Positions 34,750 through 43,584 of a stretch of DNA of 43,584 nt are shown here, piece by piece. The translations under genes were made by a program, and so were the position numbers. The stretch is from a virus (Duplodnaviria; Caudoviricetes): the IMG/VR virus record IMGVR_UViG_3300030376_006915, positions 1-43,584 of that record, one strand, 5' to 3'. The notes under the pieces are model-generated. The model saw only the letters and a program-made list of their open reading frames with translations, had not been told where the DNA came from and did not search any database. How positions within the stretch are numbered: the stretch's first letter is position 1; each line of letters begins with the position of its first letter.

Positions 34750-35451
34750 TTATGTATTTTCTTGATTAATTTTTTGAGTTTCTTCTTGTTTTGCTGCTTG
34801 TACTACACTTGGATCTTTTATTGTAACACCTGCATAACCTAATATTTTAATTATTAAAGGCACCTCTTCTGAGACATGAAGCGCAAAATCAGTTGAGCTT
34901 CCGCTTGCATATTGCATATCTGCATATGTAGAACCTGTTGTAGACCCCCAAACAGGGTCAGATGGTTTAAATGTATAATCTATAGTAGCAGAAGATATAG
35001 TTGTAGGCAATATAAAGAATAAACTACCTTGTTTATAATAAACTGGATATGAAGTAGAAGGGGCTGTGAGCTTTGAAGAATTTATATGAGGAAGATTAGA
35101 CTTTTGTACTTCTTGTACTTCAGTTCCTCTTGAGCCGGTAGAAATCATAATACATTTATAATAAGTTGAAGGTACCGCTGCAACTCCGTCTGTAAAATTT
35201 AATGTGGCTGATGTTGAAAATACATCAATTTTTTCTTTAGTGCTTTTTGCTAAATTAGCGTACTCATCATTTATAGTATTGTTTTCTTGTCTTGTTATAT
35301 ATCTATTATAATCCACATAAGCTTTTTCAAATAAATCTAATTGGGCTAATCTACCAATTCTATTAAATTGATCTGGAGTGAGAAAACCTCGTTGCTCTAT
35401 ATTCATTATAGATAGCACGGTTCTATATACTGTATTTACATTTATGGCCAT
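34750..35451 (-). CDS. Head-tail connector/ring protein
   Basis: VYRTVLSIMN.EQRGFLTPDQFN; synteny. Confidence 0.6.
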   Translation of the reverse strand: MAINVNTVYRTVLSIMNIEQRGFLTPDQFNRIGRLAQLDLFEKAYVDYNRYITRQENNTINDEYANLAKSTKEKIDVFSTSATLNFTDGVAAVPSTYYKCIMISTGSRGTEVQEVQKSNLPHINSSKLTAPSTSYPVYYKQGSLFFILPTTISSATIDYTFKPSDPVWGSTTGSTYADMQYASGSSTDFALHVSEEVPLIIKILGYAGVTIKDPSVVQAAKQEETQKINQENT

Positions 35452-35473
35452 ATTATTATTTATTATAGCCTTA

Positions 35474-35489
35474 GGCCCACTTAAGGGCC
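35474..35489. terminator. Intergenic GC hairpin (terminator or RNA-stability element)
   Basis: GGCCC-acttaa-GGGCC in an AT-rich spacer; no clear U tract on the - strand. Confidence 0.4.
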
Positions 35490-35503
35490 ATGACTATTAT
35501 TTA

Positions 35504-36328
35504 CTATTTTAATCTTTTTTCAACAGCAGTATAAACTTCAATACCTTCATCGGTTTTAAAGAATGCTGCTAAAGCTGAATATGGATTTTCTTCATAAGGG
35601 ACGGTAACTAATTTTTTATTATTTGAGCCCCAGGTAAATGTTCTTTGGTCAGCTGAAAGTTTGATAACACCTGCTTCAACTGCCTTAATACCCATATTTC
35701 TAATATTAATGTTTTCGTCATTAGCTAGTTCTAAGAACAAAACAGGATCTTTCTTTGCAATATTAATCAAATCACGTTTAAGTTCCTTAGAAGTCATTTT
35801 AGACGCCTTATTTCCAGCCTCAGTACGCACTATTGCTTCTATCTGATCAATTTCCATGCTCATTGCTGCGTTTAAAGCTTCAATTTCTAATTCTATCATA
35901 TCTAACTCATCTTCCGCTTGTACTTCTGGATCAAACTCAAAAAATAATGAATTTCTTTGAGGGTGATATAATGATAAAAGTTTTTGTAATGTTTGTTTTC
36001 TTTTTGGAACGTTTAATGTTCCGTCTTCAAACGTTATATGTTCTAATTTAGCTACTCCTTTAAATTCATCAACAAATGGCGTTTTTTGATTTGTTGTATA
36101 TTTAAGTTCTCTTTCATATCCTTTTTCTTCATCAAAATAAAATATGTTAGAACTTTTTATTGTGTATGTTAAAGGTGCTAAACCGTCTTTAAGGGCGTAA
36201 ACCCTATCTTTCGCAACCCAAGAAGGTTTTGTTTCTTTTGGCTGCTTAACTATTTTTTCAACTGATTGTTCAACTACAGCTTCTTTAATAGGTTTTTGTG
36301 CCTTTTCGGCTTTTGTTTTTTGTGTCAT
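35504..36328 (-). CDS. Hypothetical protein following the capsid gene (274 aa)
   Basis: ORF track; position directly after the MCP. Confidence 0.7.
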   Translation of the reverse strand: MTQKTKAEKAQKPIKEAVVEQSVEKIVKQPKETKPSWVAKDRVYALKDGLAPLTYTIKSSNIFYFDEEKGYERELKYTTNQKTPFVDEFKGVAKLEHITFEDGTLNVPKRKQTLQKLLSLYHPQRNSLFFEFDPEVQAEDELDMIELEIEALNAAMSMEIDQIEAIVRTEAGNKASKMTSKELKRDLINIAKKDPVLFLELANDENINIRNMGIKAVEAGVIKLSADQRTFTWGSNNKKLVTVPYEENPYSALAAFFKTDEGIEVYTAVEKRLK

Positions 36329-36351
36329 AATATAATATAATAAAAGTTAAT

Positions 36352-36393
36352 AAAAAGTAAAGTCAGGGCACTAATACAATGCCCTGCTCTACT
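36352..36393 (-). terminator. Intrinsic terminator after the major capsid gene
   Basis: CAGGGCA/TGCCCTG stem (36364-36386) followed on the - strand by ACTTTACTTTTT. Confidence 0.7.
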
Positions 36394-36402
36394 ATGAAAA
36401 AT

Positions 36403-37851
36403 TTAAGAAGTTAATAACATAAAGTTATTAGCACCTTGAGTAATTAAACATCTTTCTGATAGGTAGTGAACCTCCATCGCATCTAGATCTGATGTGATGT
36501 TGCCACCAACAGAACCAGTTGTCCAAGATTTCATTTTTCTATCATCAGCTTGTGAAGCTCTATATCTAACGTGTAAGAATGGTCTTTTAATGTTTTTACC
36601 AAGTGTTTGGTCATAAACAGTAGATGTACCAGCTGGCACAACGACTCCTCTTATATCGTTTTCAATAATACCTCTTGTTGATGCGTCATTTAAGTATTTC
36701 CAGTCAGTTTTGTAGAAGTCATAAGAACCTCTTCTAAATCCTGAAAAACCTAAGTTAAGTGCCATATCCTCACTGTTAGAAAATACACCGTAAGATGTAC
36801 CACCTGACCCATAAGAATTTTGCGCTGCTAACATATCATCAATTGCTAAAGATACTTCTCTGTTGATAAATAGCATGTTTTCTTCAATAGCACCTTGTGC
36901 ATCGAATTTTTTTAGAATGTTATCAAAAGATCCTAAATCATCAGCCGTTGAAGAACCTACAACACCTGTTGTAATGTGACCTCTTGCAGTAATTGCTGCA
37001 AAAAGACCTTCAGTTCCTGCAGTTCCTTCTGATCCTGCTGTACCTAATTGAGAGTCTACACCACCAGCTGCTGCTGCTAGTTCACCTTCAATCATTGCCA
37101 TTTCAAGGTTATCTTCAAATCTTGTTCTTGTATCACCTTCAGCTTTTAAATACCATAGGTAACCAGATTGTCCATTTTCTCCTGTTACTTCAACCCAACC
37201 AATTTGAGAAGCGTCAGATCCTGAGACCTCATACTTATCTTTAATTATAATTGGTTTGTTAGTTAACGATGCAAAAGATGGCGTTACTGCGCCTGTCATC
37301 CCGTTAGTTCCTTTTTTAAATTCAGAACCATAAACGAAAAAGTCACACGTGTTTGATCCACTATCATCAGCGGTATCAAATCCAGACACTGCTCCAACTG
37401 TTGCAGCACCTGTATAAGGTATTGCTGTTAGAGTTGTGTTGTTAGCCGCTACTGCAGAAACATAACACTTAATTACTGTAGGAGAAGATTGGTTATCGCT
37501 AAGTACGATAGTTTGTCCAACTCTTACTGCGTGAGTTCCTGAAGATGCGATTGTAATTACACCGGTGTTAGCTACTGATGCGCCTTTATAGTGTAAGTGT
37601 AGTCTACCTTGCTCAGACCAAATTACTTGATCCGCAGTCATAGGCATTTCAGCACCAACCATTCTTACGAAAGAAGCTACAGATCTGTTTCCAAATACTT
37701 CAACTTCTTGTTCGTATAAATCTGGTAGGTATTGCTGAGACCAGTCATTTGAGCCACCTGTAAATGATAGGTAGTTAGTTGACAAAGTCTGTTTAACTGG
37801 AGCCGGCGTTGCGTTCAACGAGCCTCCAGCTGATGGAGTTATTGCTGCCAT
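36403..37851 (-). CDS. Major capsid protein
   Basis: 482 aa; follows portal and scaffold; followed by a terminator; QQYLPDLYE, WSEQGRLH, GTEGLFAAI and GFRRGSYDFYKTDW motifs. Confidence 0.85.
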   Translation of the reverse strand: MAAITPSAGGSLNATPAPVKQTLSTNYLSFTGGSNDWSQQYLPDLYEQEVEVFGNRSVASFVRMVGAEMPMTADQVIWSEQGRLHLHYKGASVANTGVITIASSGTHAVRVGQTIVLSDNQSSPTVIKCYVSAVAANNTTLTAIPYTGAATVGAVSGFDTADDSGSNTCDFFVYGSEFKKGTNGMTGAVTPSFASLTNKPIIIKDKYEVSGSDASQIGWVEVTGENGQSGYLWYLKAEGDTRTRFEDNLEMAMIEGELAAAAGGVDSQLGTAGSEGTAGTEGLFAAITARGHITTGVVGSSTADDLGSFDNILKKFDAQGAIEENMLFINREVSLAIDDMLAAQNSYGSGGTSYGVFSNSEDMALNLGFSGFRRGSYDFYKTDWKYLNDASTRGIIENDIRGVVVPAGTSTVYDQTLGKNIKRPFLHVRYRASQADDRKMKSWTTGSVGGNITSDLDAMEVHYLSERCLITQGANNFMLLTS

Positions 37852-37876
37852 TTTATATTGAAATTTTTAATTATTA

Positions 37877-39079
37877 TTATTTTTTTAATTTTATACGTAG
37901 TTTTGAGCTATCGTCGCCGGATATTGCTTTTACTTTTACGCCCCCTGATTCAACAGTGCCTGAATTTGTTTGTCTTGGATCCATATTAATATTTTTAGAT
38001 TCAGACGAAATTTCTTTTATAGCCTCTGTTTTACCAAGTTGATAAAAATGATTCGCAATATTATCAGCATTTTTAGCGGCAAATAATGCTTTATGATAAC
38101 CATACCCATCGTCTAGTTTATTATTATTATCAAGGTAACTACCTACAATATTCATAATATCCATTTGAGTATTTTTAACATCTTCAACATCTTTAAGATT
38201 ATACCTGAATTTTTTATCGTTAATTTTGAAATCAAAACCTTTGAATTCTTCATTAAAAACCTGTTCAGTTTTTGTCTTAAATTGATCTGTCGCTTGGGTT
38301 TGTTGTCGAGCAATTTCTTGTTGCTCAGTATTGTATCTATTAAAAAAGTCAACAGCTTTTTGTTGATCTTTACTTAAACTGCCGTTTATTTTTACTTCTT
38401 TATAGTATTTACTTTTTTGTCCTTCAAGATATTTTTTTGCTTCAGCTACTTGTTCTTTATAAGCAACTTGTTTTCTTTTTATTTCTCTAGGATCATCTAT
38501 TTCTTCGTCATATAAAAACGCATCTTCTATTAAAAAATCAACCTCTTCTGTATTTAAATGAGGTTTTGTTTTATTATAATATTCTTTAATAATTTCATTG
38601 TTATCATATGAAGTATAATCTTTATTTAAATTTACAAAATCTTCTACCGTACCTCCTGTTTCATTCATAAACTGCACTAGATCATGTATATTATCCGGTA
38701 TGTTTACTTCGGTTTGTACTTCAGTTTGTTCAATGGGTTTTTCAACAACTTCTTCCTTAGGCTCTTCTTTAGGTTCCGTTTTAGTTTCCTCGTCAATTAC
38801 TTCTTCTAAAGTTAATTGGCCTTCTTCTTGCTGTACTTCTTGCAATTCCACTTTGGCTTCTTCCCCAGTTTTTTCATCCGTGCCGCTTCCGCGTGACACG
38901 CTTTCATCTGTGCTTTGTTCTTGAACGGCATCTGTTTCTTCTTTAGTTTGTCTTAAATCTACTTTAGTGATAGATTCTTCACCTATATCAGCACCCATTT
39001 TTTTGAGTACTTTCGTTTCTTTTTCAGCAGTAGATGGATTTTCTTCCTCTACTACATTTTCTTGTGTTTCTTCTGACAT
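37877..39079 (-). CDS. Putative capsid scaffolding protein
   Basis: Very acidic E-rich N-terminus and helical C-terminus; lies between portal and MCP. Confidence 0.7.
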   Translation of the reverse strand: MSEETQENVVEEENPSTAEKETKVLKKMGADIGEESITKVDLRQTKEETDAVQEQSTDESVSRGSGTDEKTGEEAKVELQEVQQEEGQLTLEEVIDEETKTEPKEEPKEEVVEKPIEQTEVQTEVNIPDNIHDLVQFMNETGGTVEDFVNLNKDYTSYDNNEIIKEYYNKTKPHLNTEEVDFLIEDAFLYDEEIDDPREIKRKQVAYKEQVAEAKKYLEGQKSKYYKEVKINGSLSKDQQKAVDFFNRYNTEQQEIARQQTQATDQFKTKTEQVFNEEFKGFDFKINDKKFRYNLKDVEDVKNTQMDIMNIVGSYLDNNNKLDDGYGYHKALFAAKNADNIANHFYQLGKTEAIKEISSESKNINMDPRQTNSGTVESGGVKVKAISGDDSSKLRIKLKK

Positions 39080-39148
39080 AATATAATATAATTATTTGCA
39101 CTCTTTTAATAAGGCAAGAATACGCATACCTTTTTATTTACTTAGTTA

Positions 39149-41572
39149 TTATCTAGGATCAAACTGTTCTAATCCAAAGCCTCCTAAGCTGTCAAATCCC
39201 GCGGATTCAAAGTTTTTAGGTGGTTTATTGTTTTTTCTTTGATCAATTAACTCTGATTGTTGAGAAGCTTGTATTTTTGTTCTGTCATCTTTCCTATCTT
39301 CCTTATACTTCTCTTTATCATTAATTACTCGTAAATCCATTTCTTTAAGCTTTACGTTTAATTGAAATTCATGCAACATAAGCTCTTTCTTAATAGCCGC
39401 TTCTCTTTCTAATTTTTGTATATCAAATTGTATTTGGGCTTGATTCATTTTAACTTTATTTTCAGTTAAAATAGTATTTTTTTGAATATCAGCGGCGGCG
39501 GCTGCTTCTGCGGATTTTGCATTAGATTCAGATTGTAACTCTATGTTCCTTGCCGCAATAGCTTGATCTTGCTCCATTTTTTTTCTTCTTCTTACTTTTA
39601 ATAGCTCATTAGCAAGTTTTAAATTCTTTACGTTTCTAATGTCGATTGCATCTTCTAAGTTTACTTGATCTTTTTGCAATGATGCTTGTATATTATTTTC
39701 AAGTAATTGTTTTTCTTCTTCATCAGGCGTTAATTCTAAGAATATACCAAAATCATGAAGATGTAATTCTTTCACTTCTTTTAAATTAGCTACATTGAAC
39801 CTACCTAATGAGTTTATAAAAGAATTATTAGTATTTCCATATTCTAGTACATCTGATACTCTTAAAGAAATAGCTTCCGCTGTTTTAAGTGTAAGATATA
39901 ATCCCCCTTGAAGTACATGTCTTGTTGCGGTATTTGAATTTGCTGCTGCTATTTTTTGAAGACCAACTAGTGCGTTCTTGTCTGGCGCCGAGCCGTCTCT
40001 TGCTTCATTTAATCCAGTTACGTCTCGCATGTTCTGTAGGTAATAATTATAAGCGGTTATTAAACTTTGAATCTTACCACCCCCATTACTTGTTTGTAAT
40101 TCTTGTATTGGTACTCTACCGTTATTAAATTCGCCATCTTGTGTCATTGATCTACCAATAACAGAACCAGTCTGGAAATACATGTTTAATGCTTCTTGTG
40201 GGTTATAATTTGTTCCGTTACCTAGATCTACTTCTGCAATTCCATCAGCATCTAAAAATACCCCATCAGGAACCATTCTAGCTAATACCTGCTGTAGTTT
40301 AAGATGCGTTAGTTGAATCATATCAGCAAATGTTGACATTCTACTTACAAGAGATTCTAATCTTCCTTTATACATTCTAGGCGCTACAATATTATACGAC
40401 ATCTCAACTTTTGTTGTATCCGATTTAGGTCTTGTCATATTTTCCGCTAGTTCCCATTTTAATAAATCTTGGCTACCTATTATTTTAGCCCCTGTATATA
40501 AAACCTCAATTGCTCTATTTACTTTTTCAAATCTAGCTCTTTGATCAGTAGGTGGATTAAAATCATCGTTCTTTTTAATTGCTTTTTTACCACCAGATGC
40601 AGTGTTTTTAATTTTATAAGTTTGATTTTTATAAGTTTTATATTCAAAATTTAACACATACACAAACCCTTCATCATCCCCATCCATAGCCCCATAAGAT
40701 TTATTATATAATAAACGGCTAGAACCATAGCCATTTTTTTCTATTGCTTCAATTTCATCATCAGTTATATTGGGATATTGTTTTTTAAGTTCAACAATAC
40801 TTATTTTTTTAATTTCTCCTACATAATATAAATCATCAAAATATGGAGATTCCGTAAAAGAGTAAACAATGTCGGAAGGATCCACATAGTTAATTTTTAT
40901 CCCCTCTGACTTATTAAAACTATTTTTTACACAAGCCATTCCAATAACAGCTATATCATAATCAAGTCTCTTTTTTATTAATTCATATTTATTTTTATCA
41001 AGAACATTGCTTATTGCTTCTTCTTGCGCAATTTCAATGCCTTGTTTGTATTCCATTTGCATATGAACTCCTAATTCTGTTTCGTCCATTGGGAGTTTTG
41101 TGGCATCTGTTTTAAAAGTATCAATACCTAAAGTTCCTTTTATTTCTTCTATATATTCTTTAGCTTGCATATCTCTAACGATATTATCCATATAATCTGT
41201 TCTTTTTTTAACAGAAGATGGGTCTTGAGAATATGCGTTTATGTCATACATTCTTTCCGCAATACCGTTTACAACAATATCTACAAATTTTGGTATAATA
41301 GGCACCGGCTTCCAATCTAAATTTAAATACGATAAATCACCATTTATAGACAACTCATCTTTATATTTTTGTATTGATTGCTCTCCTCTTGCATATAATC
41401 TTAGCTTGTGAAAATTTTCTCTATTAGATTGATATTTTGATGTTCCTGAATCTTTTTTAAACCATTCTGATTCAATAGCCATCCCGACTTTAGTACCATA
41501 TTCTAAACTTGCTTTTTCTGAATCTGAAACTGCTTGACTCGGAAATAATCCTATTGGTTGTATTTTTGCCAT
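39149..41572 (-). CDS. Portal protein
   Basis: 807 aa directly after TerL; PVPIIPKFVDIVVNG, TGLNEARDG, C-terminal coiled coil. Confidence 0.85.
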   Translation of the reverse strand: MAKIQPIGLFPSQAVSDSEKASLEYGTKVGMAIESEWFKKDSGTSKYQSNRENFHKLRLYARGEQSIQKYKDELSINGDLSYLNLDWKPVPIIPKFVDIVVNGIAERMYDINAYSQDPSSVKKRTDYMDNIVRDMQAKEYIEEIKGTLGIDTFKTDATKLPMDETELGVHMQMEYKQGIEIAQEEAISNVLDKNKYELIKKRLDYDIAVIGMACVKNSFNKSEGIKINYVDPSDIVYSFTESPYFDDLYYVGEIKKISIVELKKQYPNITDDEIEAIEKNGYGSSRLLYNKSYGAMDGDDEGFVYVLNFEYKTYKNQTYKIKNTASGGKKAIKKNDDFNPPTDQRARFEKVNRAIEVLYTGAKIIGSQDLLKWELAENMTRPKSDTTKVEMSYNIVAPRMYKGRLESLVSRMSTFADMIQLTHLKLQQVLARMVPDGVFLDADGIAEVDLGNGTNYNPQEALNMYFQTGSVIGRSMTQDGEFNNGRVPIQELQTSNGGGKIQSLITAYNYYLQNMRDVTGLNEARDGSAPDKNALVGLQKIAAANSNTATRHVLQGGLYLTLKTAEAISLRVSDVLEYGNTNNSFINSLGRFNVANLKEVKELHLHDFGIFLELTPDEEEKQLLENNIQASLQKDQVNLEDAIDIRNVKNLKLANELLKVRRRKKMEQDQAIAARNIELQSESNAKSAEAAAAADIQKNTILTENKVKMNQAQIQFDIQKLEREAAIKKELMLHEFQLNVKLKEMDLRVINDKEKYKEDRKDDRTKIQASQQSELIDQRKNNKPPKNFESAGFDSLGGFGLEQFDPR

Positions 41573-43282
41573 TTATTTTAATATTTTGGATAACAGTCCT
41601 TTATTATTGTATTTTTTTAAACTAAATTCTAATTTTTTAGTTGTTTTCATTGCCGCTGGTGTGTACATGTTTTTATTACAAGCCATTATTGCTAATCCCG
41701 AACTAATAGCTGCATCAAACTTTGTTCTTTTATTTATATCAAATCCAGCCCAGTCATTTAATGTTTTATTAAAATATAAATCACCGTATGAGTTATCATT
41801 TTTTAGCCCCACATATTTGTCAATATACGACTCAATAGCAGCCGCATGTGCTTGTCTAATATCTTCTGATGAATTAGGTATGCCACCTATTTCTTTTTCT
41901 GTTACAGATAACTTATTATAAAGCTTATCAGGTCTATTGATTGAATAACCTCTATACCCTCTTCTTTTTAAATAATATAAAAGTCTTGGCTTGTTGTTTT
42001 CTGCAAGTAACGGCATACCGTAAAATACTAAAGCCATTAATACATCTTCAAAAAATATTTCTGCCGTTGGTGGCCTTGATACATATTCAAGAAAAAAACT
42101 ATTAGAAGGGGCTTCATCTAAGCTAAACTTAGTTAAACCATGCAATGCTCCTTTAGATCCTTGACCATCTGTCGTACCGGATATATCATAACTATCACAT
42201 CCAAAAGCCCCTAAGTGTTCATTTCCTGGAGTTTTTCTACCTCTATTATTTATTACAATGTTCTGCATATGTACCGGAGGAACCCAAGATATATTAAATC
42301 TTCCACTATTATTAGGGGTAAATATAACTTTAGTATCTTTAATACCGTTTTCCCACGAAAAATTACCTTTGACTATAAATTTATTTTGATTAATATCAGT
42401 ATTATAATCTATTTGCTCATATATTTTCTGCAAGTTGAATATACTATTTTTTGTTTCGTCTCGGAAAGCGTGTTCTTCTGTACGCGGGAATTGTCTATAA
42501 AATTCATTTAAACCGTCTTGGTCATCTCTAAGACCTTCAGCTTCATTTTCCCAATGCTCCACAATACCTATATCGATTGGATCTCCATATGGTCCTTCAA
42601 CCGGAGATTTGGGTGTATCGAATACAGGTATTCCATAAGAATCAATGAATCCCTCGTAGTTCCATTCCATAGGTATGAACAAACTATATAATCCCGAACT
42701 AGTCTGTCCGTTTCGATTTCTTTTTGTAACGTCTGAGCCATTATATAATTTTTTAAAGTTATCACCACCTTTATCTAAAGAATTTGAGGTGGATCCCATC
42801 ATACATTTTCCTATAATTCTGCTTCCTAATCTCAGCGTTGTTTTTGTAACGCGCCAGTTATTTAATATATTATCTGGTCTTTCCCATTTACCAGATTCAT
42901 CGTGAACAAGTAATTTTAACTTTTCACCATCATACGAGTTATCACCTGTGTTCTTCCAATCTATTGTTGTATCGAGCCCTTCGAGCGTCCCTGTGATGGA
43001 CTTGGAATTGGTTGTACTGGTGATGGACTTTCTTGTGAGTTTGGATGCTGGGACACGGTAGGCAAGCTCTGTCTTGGGACGGTCCATCCCGTCTTGTATT
43101 GGTTTAAAGAAGAATGGATAGTGTAATGAAATTGGGACGACCTTGTCGGTAAACATCTTCTTTGCATCGCTACCAGTCTTCGATAAGATTCCGAATCTAG
43201 CATCTGAAGAGATTGTAGCTTGATTAACTGTCTCGCTGCTTGACATGAAGCTAAATCCAGACCGTCTATTCTTAAGGTAGCA
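41573..43282 (-). CDS. terL: Terminase large subunit, ATPase and nuclease portion (frame open from 43282; ORF-track ATG at 43246)
   Basis: Walker A-type YLKNRRSGFS just upstream of Met 43246; Walker B LLVHDESGK; GSTSN coupling motif; nuclease GCDSYD, AENNK, KFDAAI. Confidence 0.85.
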   Translation of the reverse strand, partial: CYLKNRRSGFSFMSSSETVNQATISSDARFGILSKTGSDAKKMFTDKVVPISLHYPFFFKPIQDGMDRPKTELAYRVPASKLTRKSITSTTNSKSITGTLEGLDTTIDWKNTGDNSYDGEKLKLLVHDESGKWERPDNILNNWRVTKTTLRLGSRIIGKCMMGSTSNSLDKGGDNFKKLYNGSDVTKRNRNGQTSSGLYSLFIPMEWNYEGFIDSYGIPVFDTPKSPVEGPYGDPIDIGIVEHWENEAEGLRDDQDGLNEFYRQFPRTEEHAFRDETKNSIFNLQKIYEQIDYNTDINQNKFIVKGNFSWENGIKDTKVIFTPNNSGRFNISWVPPVHMQNIVINNRGRKTPGNEHLGAFGCDSYDISGTTDGQGSKGALHGLTKFSLDEAPSNSFFLEYVSRPPTAEIFFEDVLMALVFYGMPLLAENNKPRLLYYLKRRGYRGYSINRPDKLYNKLSVTEKEIGGIPNSSEDIRQAHAAAIESYIDKYVGLKNDNSYGDLYFNKTLNDWAGFDINKRTKFDAAISSGLAIMACNKNMYTPAAMKTTKKLEFSLKKYNNKGLLSKILK

Positions 43283-43584
43283 AATTCTCTATTAATATAC
43301 GCATGCCATGTTTCTTTAAATTGAGCAGGATATGTTTCCCAGTCAAATATTGTTTTTATATTTTTTAACTCTCTAGGGTATTCATGCGGTGTCCACTTAT
43401 CATGTTTGCTATACACTTCTTTTACTTCAGGAAGTGCAATCTTTAAGTTTTGTATTTCATATACTTCACCAATCCTGCCTGTTTTGCTTATAACAACCAC
43501 GTCGTGTTCCTTGTTATAACCATATTCCCAAGCTTTCTTTTTATTTAACCTATGTATTGTTGTTCGTTTAATAGGTTCAATAAT
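43282..43584 (-). CDS. terL: Terminase large subunit N-terminal fragment (5'-truncated by the window edge; out of frame with the rest of terL)
   Basis: Frame open from the window edge (IIEPIKRTT...WEYGYNKEHDVVVISKTG...YINREF), then continues in an alternative frame to 42961. Confidence 0.55.

Noticed and set aside
1-43584. Genome-wide stop-codon reassignment
   Set aside because: Standard-code ORFs tile both arms densely, TAA, TAG and TGA all end genes, and no suppressor tRNA is present.

Overview
This window is most of a lytic, AT-rich podovirus-like phage genome. A Bacteroidota (flavobacterial) host is inferred from the A/T-rich start contexts without Shine-Dalgarno motifs and from a Bacteroidota-type FN3 module in a tail protein. 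The left arm (1-13145, + strand) carries many tiny early genes, an Ocr-like acidic protein, an initiator tRNA-Met abutting a KTSC gene, an HTH protein and a sigma-70-family factor. It continues with a recombination/replication block (SSAP-like protein, RecE-like exonuclease, SSB, Twinkle/T7-gp4-like primase-helicase), a thymidylate-synthase-family enzyme, two MazG-like proteins, an endonuclease-I-like resolvase and a DnaA-domain-IV protein. The right arm (13170-43584, - strand) runs from TerL (frame-broken and truncated by the window edge) through portal, scaffold, major capsid, ring/tail proteins and three ejected cargo proteins to an M15 endolysin. Three signals stand out. (1) The 'thyA' has Asp in place of the dUMP-specifying Asn (GIPYD) and Tyr in place of the His after the catalytic Cys, which points to a dCMP methylase and possibly a cytosine-modified genome. 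(2) Eight exactly spaced copies of a non-host promoter-like motif, ACG-N8-ACG-N9-TGATA, occur only in the early arm, and a sigma-region-2-like segment sits next to a zincin motif inside the 2738-aa virion protein, which suggests a virion-delivered sigma factor. (3) Long, apparently selected overprinted reading frames lie inside the sigma and terminase genes. All family assignments come from motif recognition by eye; no searches were run.
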